Sequence record: PZ386979.1
DNA: 51,874 bases
Strand: one strand, 5' to 3'
Origin: a phage
Part shown: positions 1-10,121 of the stretch, one piece after another
Position numbering within the stretch: position 1 is the first letter of the stretch
How the letters are laid out: every line of letters begins with the position of its first letter
Position numbers and translations under genes: made by a program
The notes under the pieces: generated by a model
Database searches by the model: none
What the model saw: only the letters and a program-made list of their open reading frames with translations
What the model was told of the DNA's origin: nothing

Positions 1-1569
1 ATGCTGATGTGGGAAGACTTAACAGCGGCGCAGAAACGCGCCGTTAAGGAAATGAGCGAATATTCATTCGAAAAGATGATCCGCATTTGGTTTCAATTAT
101 TGCAAGGTCAGAAATTCTTAGGAAACTGGCATTTCAGTTACCTATGCAGCGAAGTTGAAAAAATCATCAAAGGCGAGTCACAGAATGTAATTTTCAACAT
201 AACGCCAGGCAGTGGTAAAACAGAGATATTCTCGATCCACATGTCACCTTATGCGTCATTGAAAAGTAAGAAGGTGAGAAATCTTAATTTGTCGTTTAGT
301 GATGGCCTTGTCCAGCAGAATAGCAACCGCATCAAAGAGATTATTGGTTCTCCAGAATGGCAGGAGCTATGGCCTGGAAAGTTGGCAAAGGCGAGCGCAA
401 AGGATTTGATTGTAACTGATGGCGGCAAGGTTAAATTACAAGTCAACTCGCGTTCTATTGGTGGTCAGGTTACTGGTCTGCGTGGCGGATACATGGACGA
501 TGGTTTTACTGGTATGCTGGTTCTTGATGATCCAGACAAGCCGGATGACATGCTTTCTAAGGTGAAGCGCGAAGCCGGACACATGCGCCTAAAGAACACG
601 GTGCGATCGCGTCGAATGAAGGACACCACGCCAATTGTGATGGTTCAGCAACGTCTACACGTCAATGATTCAACATGGTTCATGACAAACGGCGGCATGG
701 GCGGCATCCAGTTTAAGGTTGTTAGCATTCCGGCGCTCGTTACTAAGGAATATCGCGAAACTCTTCCTGATTGGTTAAAGCATGAGTTTGATCGCGATGT
801 TTTGTCCAGTAAGCCAGTGATGATTGATGGCGTTGCTCATTATTCATTCTGGCCTGCTAAGGAAAGCGCGGAGGAATTGCTTGCGCTTCGCAATGCCGAT
901 CCGTACACGTTCGCTAGTCAGTATCAGCAACAGCCTGTTGCGCTTGGCGGTAACGTGTTTAAAACAGAGTGGTTTCAGTATTACGGCAGCAGCGAGAAAT
1001 GCACGCTACCAAAACCGGATCGCTTTGAATATACATTTATCACGGTTGATACCGCACAGAAAACAGGGGAGCTTAACGACTACTCCGTGATCTGTTATTG
1101 GGGGATGTATAAAGATCGCGTTTACTTCATTGATGGTGTTCGCGGAAAATGGGAAGCACCAGACCTTGAGACTAATTTTGTTGCGTTCGTTAATCAGTGC
1201 TGGAAGCGCAATAAAGAATGCGGAACGTTGCGAAGGATTCATGTTGAAGATAAGTCATCTGGTACTGGCTTGATTCAGAGTGCAGCGAAAAAAATCATGA
1301 TCAAGATCAATCCAGTTCAGCGTGATAAAGACAAGGTTACTCGTGCAATGGACGCAGCACCAGTAATGCGCGCCGGACGCGTGGCACTTCCAGAATCGCA
1401 TCCTATGCTGGCTGAAATACTTGCGGAGGTTGCGGCTTTTGCTTATGATGATTCAGCGCCACACGATGATATTGTGGATACTATAATTGATGCTGTAAAC
1501 ATTGAGCTTAACCTTGCTGATGATGCCGTTGGTCGAATGAAGCGTCTCGCTGGATTGAGGAGTAAATAA
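1..1569 (+). CDS. terL: terminase large subunit
   Basis: 522-aa ORF starting at nt 1; P-loop-like segment NITPGSGKTE in N-terminal half, acidic nuclease-like C-terminal half; directly upstream of portal gene; terS-like ORF at window end ends with TAA only if joined to nt 1 (TAATG overlap). Confidence 0.75.
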   Translation: MLMWEDLTAAQKRAVKEMSEYSFEKMIRIWFQLLQGQKFLGNWHFSYLCSEVEKIIKGESQNVIFNITPGSGKTEIFSIHMSPYASLKSKKVRNLNLSFSDGLVQQNSNRIKEIIGSPEWQELWPGKLAKASAKDLIVTDGGKVKLQVNSRSIGGQVTGLRGGYMDDGFTGMLVLDDPDKPDDMLSKVKREAGHMRLKNTVRSRRMKDTTPIVMVQQRLHVNDSTWFMTNGGMGGIQFKVVSIPALVTKEYRETLPDWLKHEFDRDVLSSKPVMIDGVAHYSFWPAKESAEELLALRNADPYTFASQYQQQPVALGGNVFKTEWFQYYGSSEKCTLPKPDRFEYTFITVDTAQKTGELNDYSVICYWGMYKDRVYFIDGVRGKWEAPDLETNFVAFVNQCWKRNKECGTLRRIHVEDKSSGTGLIQSAAKKIMIKINPVQRDKDKVTRAMDAAPVMRAGRVALPESHPMLAEILAEVAAFAYDDSAPHDDIVDTIIDAVNIELNLADDAVGRMKRLAGLRSK

Positions 1570-2076
1570 ATGAGAAACGCGATCTATGATATAGCCAAAG
1601 ATTACCTTTACTACGATGGCGAGTTCGTCAGATGGAAGGTTCACATTAAGAAAAGCCGATTCCATCCTGGAGATATTGCTGGAACAGTGGACGGAGACGG
1701 ATATATCAGGATCGCGTTGTTCAGACAGTCGGTGTTAGCGCATCGGTTTGCTTGGGAATGGGACAATGGCCCAATACCGGAAGGAATGCAAATTGACCAC
1801 ATAGACCACGTAAGAACAAACAACAAGAGAGACAATTTAAGGATTGTAACGCATGAGCAGAACGGGCAAAACACGAAAAAATCAATCAGAAATACCAGCG
1901 GATGTGTTGGGGTTTATTGGTATGCGTCGCGAGAAAAATGGTGGTCGTTTATAGGTAACGTAGCAAAAGGAACTCGCAAATCACTTGGCTATTATTCTGA
2001 CTGGTTTGATGCCGTTTGCGCCAGAAAGCGAGCGGAGTTTGAACTTGGTTATCACGAAAACCACGGCAAGAAATAG
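1570..2076 (+). CDS. HNH homing endonuclease
   Basis: 168 aa; HNH motif DHIDHVRTNNKRDNLRIVTHEQN; GAGGAG RBS; start abuts terL stop; paralog of 35974..36447 (shared LAHRxxWE, IDHI, LGYHENHGK). Confidence 0.85.
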   Translation: MRNAIYDIAKDYLYYDGEFVRWKVHIKKSRFHPGDIAGTVDGDGYIRIALFRQSVLAHRFAWEWDNGPIPEGMQIDHIDHVRTNNKRDNLRIVTHEQNGQNTKKSIRNTSGCVGVYWYASREKWWSFIGNVAKGTRKSLGYYSDWFDAVCARKRAEFELGYHENHGKK

Positions 2077-2092
2077 CACGAATTGCTAAAAG
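2073..2092 (+). promoter_or_regulatory. conserved intergenic element, variant ATAGCACGAATTGCTAAAAG
   Basis: Contains HNH stop TAG; same variant recurs at 47922; followed by TATAAT (2097..2102) and terminator. Confidence 0.5.
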
Positions 2093-2105
2093 AAAGTATA
2101 ATCAA

Positions 2106-2130
2106 AGGCTGGCAAATCCAGCCTTTTTTA
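2106..2130 (+). terminator. rho-independent terminator
   Basis: AGGCTGG-caaat-CCAGCCT followed by TTTTTTATT. Confidence 0.6.
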
Positions 2131-2144
2131 TTGGAGGAAAGATA

Positions 2145-3425
2145 ATGAGTAAATCACGAATCGTTAAGGCTGACGGCTATAACGAGATCTTTAAAGGCGA
2201 GAATTGCAAATCGCGAGTAGAGCAACCATTCTACATGCAATCAATGCCATATAAGACACTTGCTGACTTTTACGAAAAAGACGGACTGGCAAAAAGGATT
2301 ATTGACGTGATACCAGAAGAAATGGTCTCCCCTGGCTTCACTGTTGACGGAGTGGCAGACGAGGCGGCATTCCGTTCTTTGTGGGATGAGAAGCGATTGA
2401 ATGCAAAAATTATTGATGCGCTTTGCTGGTCGCGTTTGTTTGGTGGATCTGCAATCATTGCTCTTGTTCAGGATGGGCGAGCGCTCAAATCACCTGTAAA
2501 GCCTGGTGCCATGTTGGAGGATGTGCGAGTTTACGATCGCTATCAGATTCGCGTTGAAGCGCGCGAAACTAATCCCCGCAAGGTTCGCTATGGTGAGCCA
2601 GTGCTTTACACTGTAACGCCAGGAGAAGACTTGCCGGAATACCAGGTACACTACACGCGCGTTTGCATTATCGACGGTGAGCGGATACCTAACGCAAAGC
2701 GACGCAGCAATGACGGCTGGGGTGAGTCAGTTCTTAACAAGCGGCTTGTTGAGGCTATTGTTGATTATAACTATTGTGAAACATTAGCTACGCAATTATT
2801 GCGAAGAAAACAACAGGCAGTATGGAAGGCCAAAGGTCTTGCTGACTTGTGCGATGATGAGGAGGGTGTTAGCGCGGCACGCTTGAGACTTGCGCAGGTT
2901 GACGACGAGGGCGGCGTTGGCAAGGCCATTGGTATTGATGCTGAGGATGAGGAATATGATGTTCTTAACTCTGACATTAGCGGCGTTGATTCTTTTCTGG
3001 AAAAGAAAATGGATCGCATCGTTTCCCTTTCAGGTATTCATGAAATCATCCTGAAAAATAAAAACGTTGGCGGAGTTAGCGCAAGCCAAAACACGGCGCT
3101 TGAAACATTCTATAAACTTATTGAGCGAAAACGCGTCGAGGATTACAAGCCTATCCTTGAATTTCTATTGCCGTTCATCATTAGTGAGCAGGAATGGAGC
3201 ATTGAGTTTTCACCTTTGAGCGTACCTAGCGATAAAGATCAGGCTGAAATTCTGAATAAGAATATCGACTCAATCAGCAAGGCTATTGATGGTCAGTTCC
3301 TTGATGTTGAAGAAGCGCGCGACACGTTGCGAGCAATCGCACCAAGCGTTAAACTAAAGGACACCAATAAAATCAAGCTGCCGGAGCCAACTGAGCCGGA
3401 GCCAGGCACACAGGGGAATGAGTAA
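2145..3425 (+). CDS. portal protein (putative)
   Basis: 426-aa ORF with GGAGGA RBS immediately after terminase and terminator; size and position typical of siphovirus portal. Confidence 0.6.
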   Translation: MSKSRIVKADGYNEIFKGENCKSRVEQPFYMQSMPYKTLADFYEKDGLAKRIIDVIPEEMVSPGFTVDGVADEAAFRSLWDEKRLNAKIIDALCWSRLFGGSAIIALVQDGRALKSPVKPGAMLEDVRVYDRYQIRVEARETNPRKVRYGEPVLYTVTPGEDLPEYQVHYTRVCIIDGERIPNAKRRSNDGWGESVLNKRLVEAIVDYNYCETLATQLLRRKQQAVWKAKGLADLCDDEEGVSAARLRLAQVDDEGGVGKAIGIDAEDEEYDVLNSDISGVDSFLEKKMDRIVSLSGIHEIILKNKNVGGVSASQNTALETFYKLIERKRVEDYKPILEFLLPFIISEQEWSIEFSPLSVPSDKDQAEILNKNIDSISKAIDGQFLDVEEARDTLRAIAPSVKLKDTNKIKLPEPTEPEPGTQGNE

Positions 3426-4189
3426 TGAAAGTGAAGGGCGTCGTTAAACAATGGCGCTTTCCTGAAGCAAGCGAGCGGCAATTTAGCCGCTCAATTCAGG
3501 AGGCAATTAGAGAACTTGTAGTTCTCATGCGCAAGCGAACAAAAGCGATGAAGTTTGATGCAACAGATAATGAGATCAACAGCGCAGAAGATGAAATTAA
3601 CAGCCTGGCAACTGACCTTATAGCTGGCATTGTTTCAACTCTTCCCGCAATCGCGTTGACAATTTATAAATTCAATGCGAAGCAGTTTATCAATGTTGCC
3701 AAGTCAACTGGCGGAAAGGATAATACGGCGGTAATTGTTTTGATCGCGGTTGGCGCTAACGCTAACGAGGACTGGTATCAGACGCTATACGGTCAATGGC
3801 ACGGGCTTACAGAATCATCGCTAAGGAAGTTATTCACAAACATTGTTTCTGATTGGTCAACAAACATTCGAAATGCAAACTTTCGCGGAAGCAATGATAA
3901 ACAGGTTAATGATCTTGCAGAAAAGAGATTTGCTGTTTATAGCTCTTGGGGTAAAACGAGATCAGAAAACATTATCGGCGCGTGGAATAGTCGCCTGATG
4001 CGCCAGCGCCTTTATGATGCTAAGGTGACTCATTATTTCTGGCATGGAATGTTAGATGATAGAGAGCGATTGCAGCATGTGTTATGGGAAGGTAAAAGAA
4101 TAGCGCTTGATGCAATTCATGATTTCCCTGGTGAGCCGTGGGGTTGCCGTTGCTGGGCGATTCCAGATTGGAATAATAAAGGAGAGTAA
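3425..4189 (+). CDS. minor head / head morphogenesis protein (putative)
   Basis: 254 aa, start overlaps portal stop (TAATG); position after portal as in SPP1 gp7 / Mu F-like genes; not confirmed by motif. Confidence 0.45.
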   Translation: MKVKGVVKQWRFPEASERQFSRSIQEAIRELVVLMRKRTKAMKFDATDNEINSAEDEINSLATDLIAGIVSTLPAIALTIYKFNAKQFINVAKSTGGKDNTAVIVLIAVGANANEDWYQTLYGQWHGLTESSLRKLFTNIVSDWSTNIRNANFRGSNDKQVNDLAEKRFAVYSSWGKTRSENIIGAWNSRLMRQRLYDAKVTHYFWHGMLDDRERLQHVLWEGKRIALDAIHDFPGEPWGCRCWAIPDWNNKGE

Positions 4190-4192
4190 TTA

Positions 4193-5305
4193 ATGAAGGC
4201 AAAACAAAGATTTGATAGCGTCCAGGTTAAGGCGCATTTTGATGATAATGGCTTTTTAGTGGATCGCCCAATTGTGGCGCGAATTGGTTTGCAGGAGTAC
4301 CGCACACCGTATGGAATCAGACGAGAGTTCCGACCAGCGTCAGAAGTGTTTAAGGCGGATTCGCTTGCTACGTTCGCAGGCAAGCCGATCACTATCGGTC
4401 ACGTCACAGTGACGCCAGATAATGCGGATCAGGTTGTTGTTGGTTCATGCGCTGGTGCTGGTGTTCCAAATGGTGTTGGCGTTGAAGTTCCGTTAAGTAT
4501 TTACTCAAAGCGAGCAATTGAGAGCGCAAAAAAGAAAGACACGGCGGAAATTTCAGTTGGTTACACATCAATTGATATTGATAAACCAGGTTGGGGTAAT
4601 AATAAAACTGGCGATTACTTGTTTGAGGAAGACATTAAGGAAGACTGGAAGCCTGATTCCCCTGATTGGGTTAAATTTGACGCCATTCAGACGAATATCC
4701 GTGTTAATCACATTGCACTTGTCTTTCGTGGTCGTGCTGGCATTGCCAAATTAAATCTTGATAGTGAACAAGATTTTCCGTATAGTGACGAGGTTCTAAA
4801 TGACAAAGGAGATGAGGAAATGACAGTAAAAATTAAACTTGATGGCGCGGTAGAATTTGATGTTCCAAAGGCCGTTGCTGATCATATTGAGGCGTTAAAG
4901 GCAGATGCAAAAGCTGCAACCGAAAAAGCTGATGGCCTTGAGGCCGAGCGCGACGCCCTGAAAACTAAAGTCGATGGCATTCCGGCGCAGATTGCAGAAG
5001 CTGTTAAGAAGGCAAAGACTGACGCAGAAGAACACGCCAAGCTGGTTGCAGATGCAACTGAAATTGGCATCAAGTGTGACGGCTTGGACGATAAAGAGAT
5101 TAAGGTTGCTTACGTCAAAGAAGTCACTGGCGCTGATATTTCAGAAAAAGCCGATGCATATATTGAAACAGCTTTTGACCTTGCGAAGCAGTCTGATAAA
5201 ATGGCGTCGCAGCGTAAATCTGTTAAGGGTGACTCTTTCGAATCTGGCAAGAGTGAAAAAACCGACTCCCTTGATCCGACTGCGCGTTTGAAAAAACTTA
5301 AATAA
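4193..5305 (+). CDS. capsid scaffolding-like protein (putative)
   Basis: 370 aa; charged alanine-rich C-terminal half (EAERDALKTKVDGIPAQIAEAVKKAKTDAEEHAKLVADA) consistent with coiled-coil scaffold; between portal and capsid genes. Confidence 0.45.
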   Translation: MKAKQRFDSVQVKAHFDDNGFLVDRPIVARIGLQEYRTPYGIRREFRPASEVFKADSLATFAGKPITIGHVTVTPDNADQVVVGSCAGAGVPNGVGVEVPLSIYSKRAIESAKKKDTAEISVGYTSIDIDKPGWGNNKTGDYLFEEDIKEDWKPDSPDWVKFDAIQTNIRVNHIALVFRGRAGIAKLNLDSEQDFPYSDEVLNDKGDEEMTVKIKLDGAVEFDVPKAVADHIEALKADAKAATEKADGLEAERDALKTKVDGIPAQIAEAVKKAKTDAEEHAKLVADATEIGIKCDGLDDKEIKVAYVKEVTGADISEKADAYIETAFDLAKQSDKMASQRKSVKGDSFESGKSEKTDSLDPTARLKKLK

Positions 5306-5317
5306 GGAGAAATAAAC

Positions 5318-5830
5318 ATGGCTACAATTGGAGCAAGTTATTTTGCTGTAATGTCTCGTGCGTTACCTGGTCAGGTTTCTGACACTTCAGCTTATAATAT
5401 TGATGGCGCTTGTGTTCTTGAGAATGCGGCAGGCAATCAGAATCAGTCTGTTTTTGTTGGTGTGGCGGTCCAGCATGGCGGCGTTGATGCGATGGGTAAT
5501 AAACTGATCAAGCCTATGGCGGCAAGCGGCAAGGCTTACGGTGTTGCAATTCGATCCCACTTCCAGACGACTTCGGCTGACGGTCGAATGATTTATGAGT
5601 CTGGCGGCGGAATCAACGTAATGACTGAGGGGCGTGTTTGGATGTTGGCTAAAGACGCTTCCGCGCCAGCGTTCGGCACTACAATCAAGCTGTCTAATGA
5701 TGGTCAGGTTGATACAGGGTCTGGCACTATCGAAACAAACTGGATCGCAACTGGTGACTTTACCGAGTTTCAAGACTTGAAGCTGGTAGAGGTTCAGGTG
5801 CAAAAAGTTCCGGCAGTTTCTGCTGGTTAA
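5318..5830 (+). CDS. head-associated protein, paralog A (putative decoration/cement)
   Basis: 170 aa; AAGGAG RBS; shares GRVW.L...AP..G....DG...G...GWI.TG block with 5876..6310. Confidence 0.4.
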   Translation: MATIGASYFAVMSRALPGQVSDTSAYNIDGACVLENAAGNQNQSVFVGVAVQHGGVDAMGNKLIKPMAASGKAYGVAIRSHFQTTSADGRMIYESGGGINVMTEGRVWMLAKDASAPAFGTTIKLSNDGQVDTGSGTIETNWIATGDFTEFQDLKLVEVQVQKVPAVSAG

Positions 5831-5875
5831 TAAATATGGCGCTCACTGAGCGCCTTTTTTATATTTGGAGTTATC

Positions 5876-6310
5876 ATGAGTGATTATTCAGTCATTGTTG
5901 GCGCTGAGTCGCCAGGGTGCATGGTCGATTCTTCAATAATGGTGATTAACGGATCTTTCGTGTGCGGAGATGAATTTATTGAGCCAGGTAAGATTGTGCG
6001 ACTATCACATATAACAAGTGGATACAAAATAGCAAGTGTTAATGGGGATCTTGTTATTGGCGTGGCGGTAAGGCCACCGGACTCGTGTATATATGAGGAA
6101 GGAGATCCAGTTAATGTAGCAAGTCTAGGCAGGGTGTGGTGCTTAACGCCTGAGAGAGATGCTCCAGAATACGGAGATAAGGTGTTTGTAACGCAAGATG
6201 GTGATGCGTCATACAGTGAAGGCGACTTACTGAGCGGTTGGATCTTTACTGGCGAACATGTAAAGGTTGATCATGATTCATATATTGTCGGGGTAAGCAT
6301 TAGCGCATAA
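5876..6310 (+). CDS. head-associated protein, paralog B
   Basis: 144 aa; paralog of 5318..5830 (GRVWCLTPERDAPEYG...GWIFTG). Confidence 0.4.
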   Translation: MSDYSVIVGAESPGCMVDSSIMVINGSFVCGDEFIEPGKIVRLSHITSGYKIASVNGDLVIGVAVRPPDSCIYEEGDPVNVASLGRVWCLTPERDAPEYGDKVFVTQDGDASYSEGDLLSGWIFTGEHVKVDHDSYIVGVSISA

Positions 6311-6315
6311 CACAA

Positions 6316-6347
6316 AATTATGTTGCACGTTTAACAAAAAATGCTAT
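6316..6347 (-). promoter_or_regulatory. conserved element in inverse orientation in capsid gene leader
   Basis: Plus strand reads GTTTAACAAAAAATGCTAT (6329..6347), 7 nt after -10-like AATTAT; upstream of 6394 gene. Confidence 0.4.
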
Positions 6348-6393
6348 CATTGGGGCGTTACATACTAACAGCCTTTATATATGGAGGAAGAAA

Positions 6394-7368
6394 ATGGAAA
6401 AAGAAAAATTTGATCAGCTAGATGCGGATATTGTTTCTAGCCATCTGGCTACTCGCGGCGTTAAGGGTGATGCTTCTGATATGGGTATCTGGACGGCGCA
6501 AGAGCTTCACAAGATCCGCTCAACTGCTTACGAGAAAGAGTATCCGGCAGGTTCAGCGCTTCGTGTGTTCCCTGTAACTAATGAGCTTTCTGATACTGAT
6601 AAGACTTTTGAATATCAGATGTTTGACAAGGTTGGTTACGCAAAAATTATCGCTGATTACACCGACGATCTGCCAACTGTTGACGCTTTAATGTCAAGCG
6701 AGTTTGGCAAGGTGTTCCGCCTGGGTAACGCGTTCTTGATCTCCATTGACGAAATCAAGGCTGGTCAGCGCACTGGTAAGAGCCTTTCCACTCGCAAGGC
6801 AAACGCAGCGCAAAACGCTCATGATCAGGAAGTTAACCGCCTGGTGTTTAAGGGTTCAAAGCCGCATAAGATTATTTCGGTGTTTGAACACCCTAACCTG
6901 ACAAAGATCGTGTCAACTGGATGGTTGAGCAACGATGAGAACACCAAGTTCCCCGAGACGGCTTCGGACGATCTTGAAAAGGCGATCGAAACCATCGAGA
7001 AGATCACGAATGGTCAGCACCGCGCAACCAATATCCTGATCCCGCCGTCAATGCGCAAGGTTCTTTCCGTTCGAATGGAAAACACCACTGAAAGTTATCT
7101 GGAATACTTCCAGAAACAAAACAGCGGAATCACCATCGACTCAATCGCAGAGCTTGAGGATATTGATGGCACTGGAACGAAAGGTTGCCTGGTATATGAG
7201 AAAGACCCGATGAACATGTCGATCGAAATTCCAGAAGCATTTAACATGCTTCCTGCGCAACCAAAAGATCTGCATTTCAAAGTTCCGTGTACTTCAAAAT
7301 GTACTGGCCTGACGATTTACCGTCCGTTTACGCTAGTTCTTATTACTGGCTTGAAAAAATCAGGTTAA
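6394..7368 (+). CDS. major capsid protein (putative)
   Basis: 324 aa; strong RBS GGAGGAAGAAA; followed by strong rho-independent terminator at 7381..7411; position in head module. Confidence 0.55.
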   Translation: MEKEKFDQLDADIVSSHLATRGVKGDASDMGIWTAQELHKIRSTAYEKEYPAGSALRVFPVTNELSDTDKTFEYQMFDKVGYAKIIADYTDDLPTVDALMSSEFGKVFRLGNAFLISIDEIKAGQRTGKSLSTRKANAAQNAHDQEVNRLVFKGSKPHKIISVFEHPNLTKIVSTGWLSNDENTKFPETASDDLEKAIETIEKITNGQHRATNILIPPSMRKVLSVRMENTTESYLEYFQKQNSGITIDSIAELEDIDGTGTKGCLVYEKDPMNMSIEIPEAFNMLPAQPKDLHFKVPCTSKCTGLTIYRPFTLVLITGLKKSG

Positions 7369-7380
7369 TCGTATAACATT

Positions 7381-7411
7381 GGGGAATCCTTAACTGGATT
7401 CCCTTTTTTTA
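7381..7411 (+). terminator. rho-independent terminator after capsid gene
   Basis: GGGGAATCC-ttaact-GGATTCCC followed by TTTTTTT. Confidence 0.7.
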
Positions 7412-7425
7412 TTGGAGGTTATGAA

Positions 7426-7698
7426 ATGGCTAAAGAAAAAACTGTAACGCTAAAGGTTTCCGGCGTGTGCCTTATCATTGTTGATGGTGAGCATTATCAT
7501 CCAGGCAAAGAGTTTGACGTAGAAGAATCAAAATTGAAAACAAGCGCGTTTGAATATCTAATTGCAAAAGGCGATCTGGAGGTTAAAGACAACTCCGCAT
7601 TGAACGAAGAAATCAAACAGAGCGCAGCAAGCAAACGTAAAAAAGATCCGCGAGAGGGCAAGAGCAAAGCCGAACTTGAAGACGGCGGCATCTATTAA
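7426..7698 (+). CDS. hypothetical protein (head module)
   Basis: 90 aa; RBS GGAGG; flanked by hairpins. Confidence 0.45.
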   Translation: MAKEKTVTLKVSGVCLIIVDGEHYHPGKEFDVEESKLKTSAFEYLIAKGDLEVKDNSALNEEIKQSAASKRKKDPREGKSKAELEDGGIY

Positions 7699-7745
7699 TA
7701 AAGAGGGCGCTTATAGCGCCCTTTGTCATATCTGGAGGAAACACA

Positions 7746-8162
7746 ATGGTTGATGAATTTTTCACTGACGCAGAAATCACGCAGCAAATCGTGAAATTAG
7801 CGCCACCGATGAAACAGATTGATCCAGATTTAATGGTGGCATGGATTGATCTGGCAAAGGAATTTGTTTGCAAGAAGCGGTTTAAAGAATCATATCCTAA
7901 AGCGGTTGCTCTTTATACGTTGCACCTTATGACGCTTGACGGAGCTATGAAGCAAGAGGGGGAAAGCGTAGAGAGTTACTCACGGCGCGTGGCGTCATTT
8001 TCCCTGACTGGTGAATTTAGCCAGACATTTGATCGCGTGTCCGGCGATTCAAGCGGAAAAGAGATCAGGCAAACCCCGTGGGGTAAAATGTATGAGACGT
8101 TAAATAGAAAAAAAGGCGGTGGATTTGGCCTTGTGACTGGATTTCGGAGGCGCTGCAAATGA
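7746..8162 (+). CDS. head-tail connector protein (putative)
   Basis: 138 aa; RBS GGAGGAAACACA; position between capsid and tail genes. Confidence 0.4.
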   Translation: MVDEFFTDAEITQQIVKLAPPMKQIDPDLMVAWIDLAKEFVCKKRFKESYPKAVALYTLHLMTLDGAMKQEGESVESYSRRVASFSLTGEFSQTFDRVSGDSSGKEIRQTPWGKMYETLNRKKGGGFGLVTGFRRRCK

Positions 8163-8530
8163 ACTATAACGAGATCGCAAGAATGGCAACCGAAGGAATT
8201 AACTTCTTTAGTGATAGCGACGGTGAGTTTAAGTGCATAACGCAGCGTGGAAGCGTTGAAATCATCGGAGGCGAAGAAGTAGAAAAGCCAGAGATTAGTG
8301 TAATGATTAAGGGTTTAATTAGATCACCCAAAGTCCGAGAGGTTGACGGCGAGACAATACGAGTAACCGATAAGTTGGGAGTTTTTAACAATAAAGTTGA
8401 AATTAAGAACGGGTATCATATTGATGTTGATGGTGAATTATATGTTGTAGTTGAAGCAAGACCAATCAGACAAACCAATGTCACAGTTGCTTATCGGCCT
8501 ATTTTGAGAAGGATTTCCGTGCATGGCTAA
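8159..8530 (+). CDS. head-tail joining protein (putative)
   Basis: 123 aa; start overlaps upstream stop (ATGA). Confidence 0.4.
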   Translation: MNYNEIARMATEGINFFSDSDGEFKCITQRGSVEIIGGEEVEKPEISVMIKGLIRSPKVREVDGETIRVTDKLGVFNNKVEIKNGYHIDVDGELYVVVEARPIRQTNVTVAYRPILRRISVHG

Positions 8531-8966
8531 AAACTACACGATAAGGGAATTTCACGGCAACATTGATGCGTGGATAAACGCCGTTGATAGTGGACTAAAA
8601 GATTGCGTGGAATTGTTCGCCGAAAAAGTACACACAGATTTGGTTAAGCGTTCTCCGGTAGATACTGGTCGTTACCGTGGAAACTGGCAGGTAACAGCAA
8701 ATAAGCCGCCATTGTATGCGCTTAACCAGTACGATAAGCACGGAGACAAAACGATCGCGGAAGGCAAGCGCGCCATATACGCGATTTTACGAGGTGGCGG
8801 CGCAGTAAGAGCCATTTATTTTTCTAACATGCTTATTTATGCTAACGCGCTTGAGTACGGTCATTCAAAACAAGCGCCAGCGGGTGTTCTTGGGATTGTA
8901 GCGGTTAAGTTGAGATCTTATATGGCTGAAGCAATAAAAGAGTCGAGGGCTAAAAATGCACTATGA
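8523..8966 (+). CDS. HK97 gp10-like neck/tail-component protein (putative)
   Basis: 147 aa; segment RSPVDTGRYRGNWQV resembles the DTGRLR signature of the HK97 gp10 family. Confidence 0.5.
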   Translation: MAKNYTIREFHGNIDAWINAVDSGLKDCVELFAEKVHTDLVKRSPVDTGRYRGNWQVTANKPPLYALNQYDKHGDKTIAEGKRAIYAILRGGGAVRAIYFSNMLIYANALEYGHSKQAPAGVLGIVAVKLRSYMAEAIKESRAKNAL

Positions 8967-9354
8967 ATTAATGCTATCGGCGCGTAAGGCGCTGGCGACT
9001 GAATACGAAAGCAGATTCATGATCGCTTATGAAAACGTAGAGTTTACGCCACCTGGTGACGGTTCGCCGTGGTTGAAGTTTGACTATGCCGAAGTTGATA
9101 CAGAATACTTGTCATTGGATCGAAAATGCGTTTCTTATATCGGAATGATTCAGGTTGGCATTGTGTTTCCACCAGGTTACGGAACTGACAGGCCGCGCGT
9201 TCTCGCTAAAGAGATTGCGCAATTCTTTTACGATGGTAAAATGCTGGAGCATGGTTATATATATGAGGGTGCAAGAGTTCACAAGCCGCTCAAGAGTGAA
9301 AGCGGATGGCTTCTCCCTATAAGGTTTTATGTTCGAATTGAAACAAAGGAGTAA
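8956..9354 (+). CDS. tail completion/terminator protein (putative)
   Basis: 132 aa; overlaps upstream gene; directly upstream of major tail gene. Confidence 0.4.
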   Translation: MHYELMLSARKALATEYESRFMIAYENVEFTPPGDGSPWLKFDYAEVDTEYLSLDRKCVSYIGMIQVGIVFPPGYGTDRPRVLAKEIAQFFYDGKMLEHGYIYEGARVHKPLKSESGWLLPIRFYVRIETKE

Positions 9355-9359
9355 AAATT

Positions 9360-10022
9360 ATGCATTTACCAAATGGATCGCAAATTTTCGTTGAGAGCAA
9401 TCGCGGAAGCGAAATCCAAGCAACAGCAGTGTCAAACGCCAAAGATCCTGTTTTCACTGTTGCATCTGGCGGCACTGCGTACAAGAAAGGTGATTATGTG
9501 ATCATCACTGCGTCTTCTTGGGGTAAGCTGATTGATCGTGTTATGCGTGTAAAGGCTAACGGTGAAGAAACAAGCGTGACTCTTGAAGGTGTAGATACTA
9601 CTGATCAGAACGTTTTCCCGACTGGCGGTACTGCATCTTTTGCCAAAATTGATGCATGGACTGAGATCCCTTGCGTTCAGGATTTGTCGCAGGACGGCGG
9701 CGAACAGCAATACTACACTTATCAGTGTTTGGCAGACGATCAGGAACAGCAGTTACCTACCTATAAGAGCGCCGTTTCTCTTACCTACACTTTTGCGCAC
9801 GAATACGATAACGCGATCTATCCGCTATTGCGTTCAGCAGATGAATCAGGCGCTGTAACGGCGCTTCGCATGTATGTACCAAAAGCAAAAGAGATGCGTT
9901 GCTGGGCTGGTGTCCTTTCGTTTAACGAAATCCCGCAGACCACAGTTAACGAAATGGAAACCGTTTCCCTGTCTGTATCCCTGAAAGGTCGATTCACCTT
10001 CCTACCTTCTCAAGTAGCATAA
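9360..10022 (+). CDS. major tail protein (putative)
   Basis: 220 aa; followed by strong terminator GGGGCGTTGCGCCCC plus T-run; precedes tail chaperone genes. Confidence 0.55.
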   Translation: MHLPNGSQIFVESNRGSEIQATAVSNAKDPVFTVASGGTAYKKGDYVIITASSWGKLIDRVMRVKANGEETSVTLEGVDTTDQNVFPTGGTASFAKIDAWTEIPCVQDLSQDGGEQQYYTYQCLADDQEQQLPTYKSAVSLTYTFAHEYDNAIYPLLRSADESGAVTALRMYVPKAKEMRCWAGVLSFNEIPQTTVNEMETVSLSVSLKGRFTFLPSQVA

Positions 10023-10028
10023 TCACAA

Positions 10029-10051
10029 GGGGCGTTGCGCCCCTTTTTTTG
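10029..10051 (+). terminator. rho-independent terminator after major tail gene
   Basis: GGGGCG-ttg-CGCCCC followed by TTTTTTT. Confidence 0.7.
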
Positions 10052-10063
10052 TTACTGTACAAT
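10035..10063 (+). promoter_or_regulatory. sigma70-like promoter overlapping terminator (TTGCGC-17-TACAAT)
   Basis: -35-like TTGCGC 10035..10040 within terminator stem, -10 TACAAT 10058..10063; would drive tail chaperone genes. Confidence 0.35.
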
Positions 10064-10089
10064 CATGCTACACGATTCATAATCAATTC

Positions 10090-10108
10090 TTTTAACAAAA
10101 AGTGCTAT
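10090..10108 (-). promoter_or_regulatory. conserved element in inverse orientation in tail chaperone leader
   Basis: Plus strand TTTTAACAAAAAGTGCTAT directly upstream of RBS of 10122 gene; 6 nt after CATAAT (10078..10083). Confidence 0.4.
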
Positions 10109-10121
10109 CAAGGAGAAAGAA

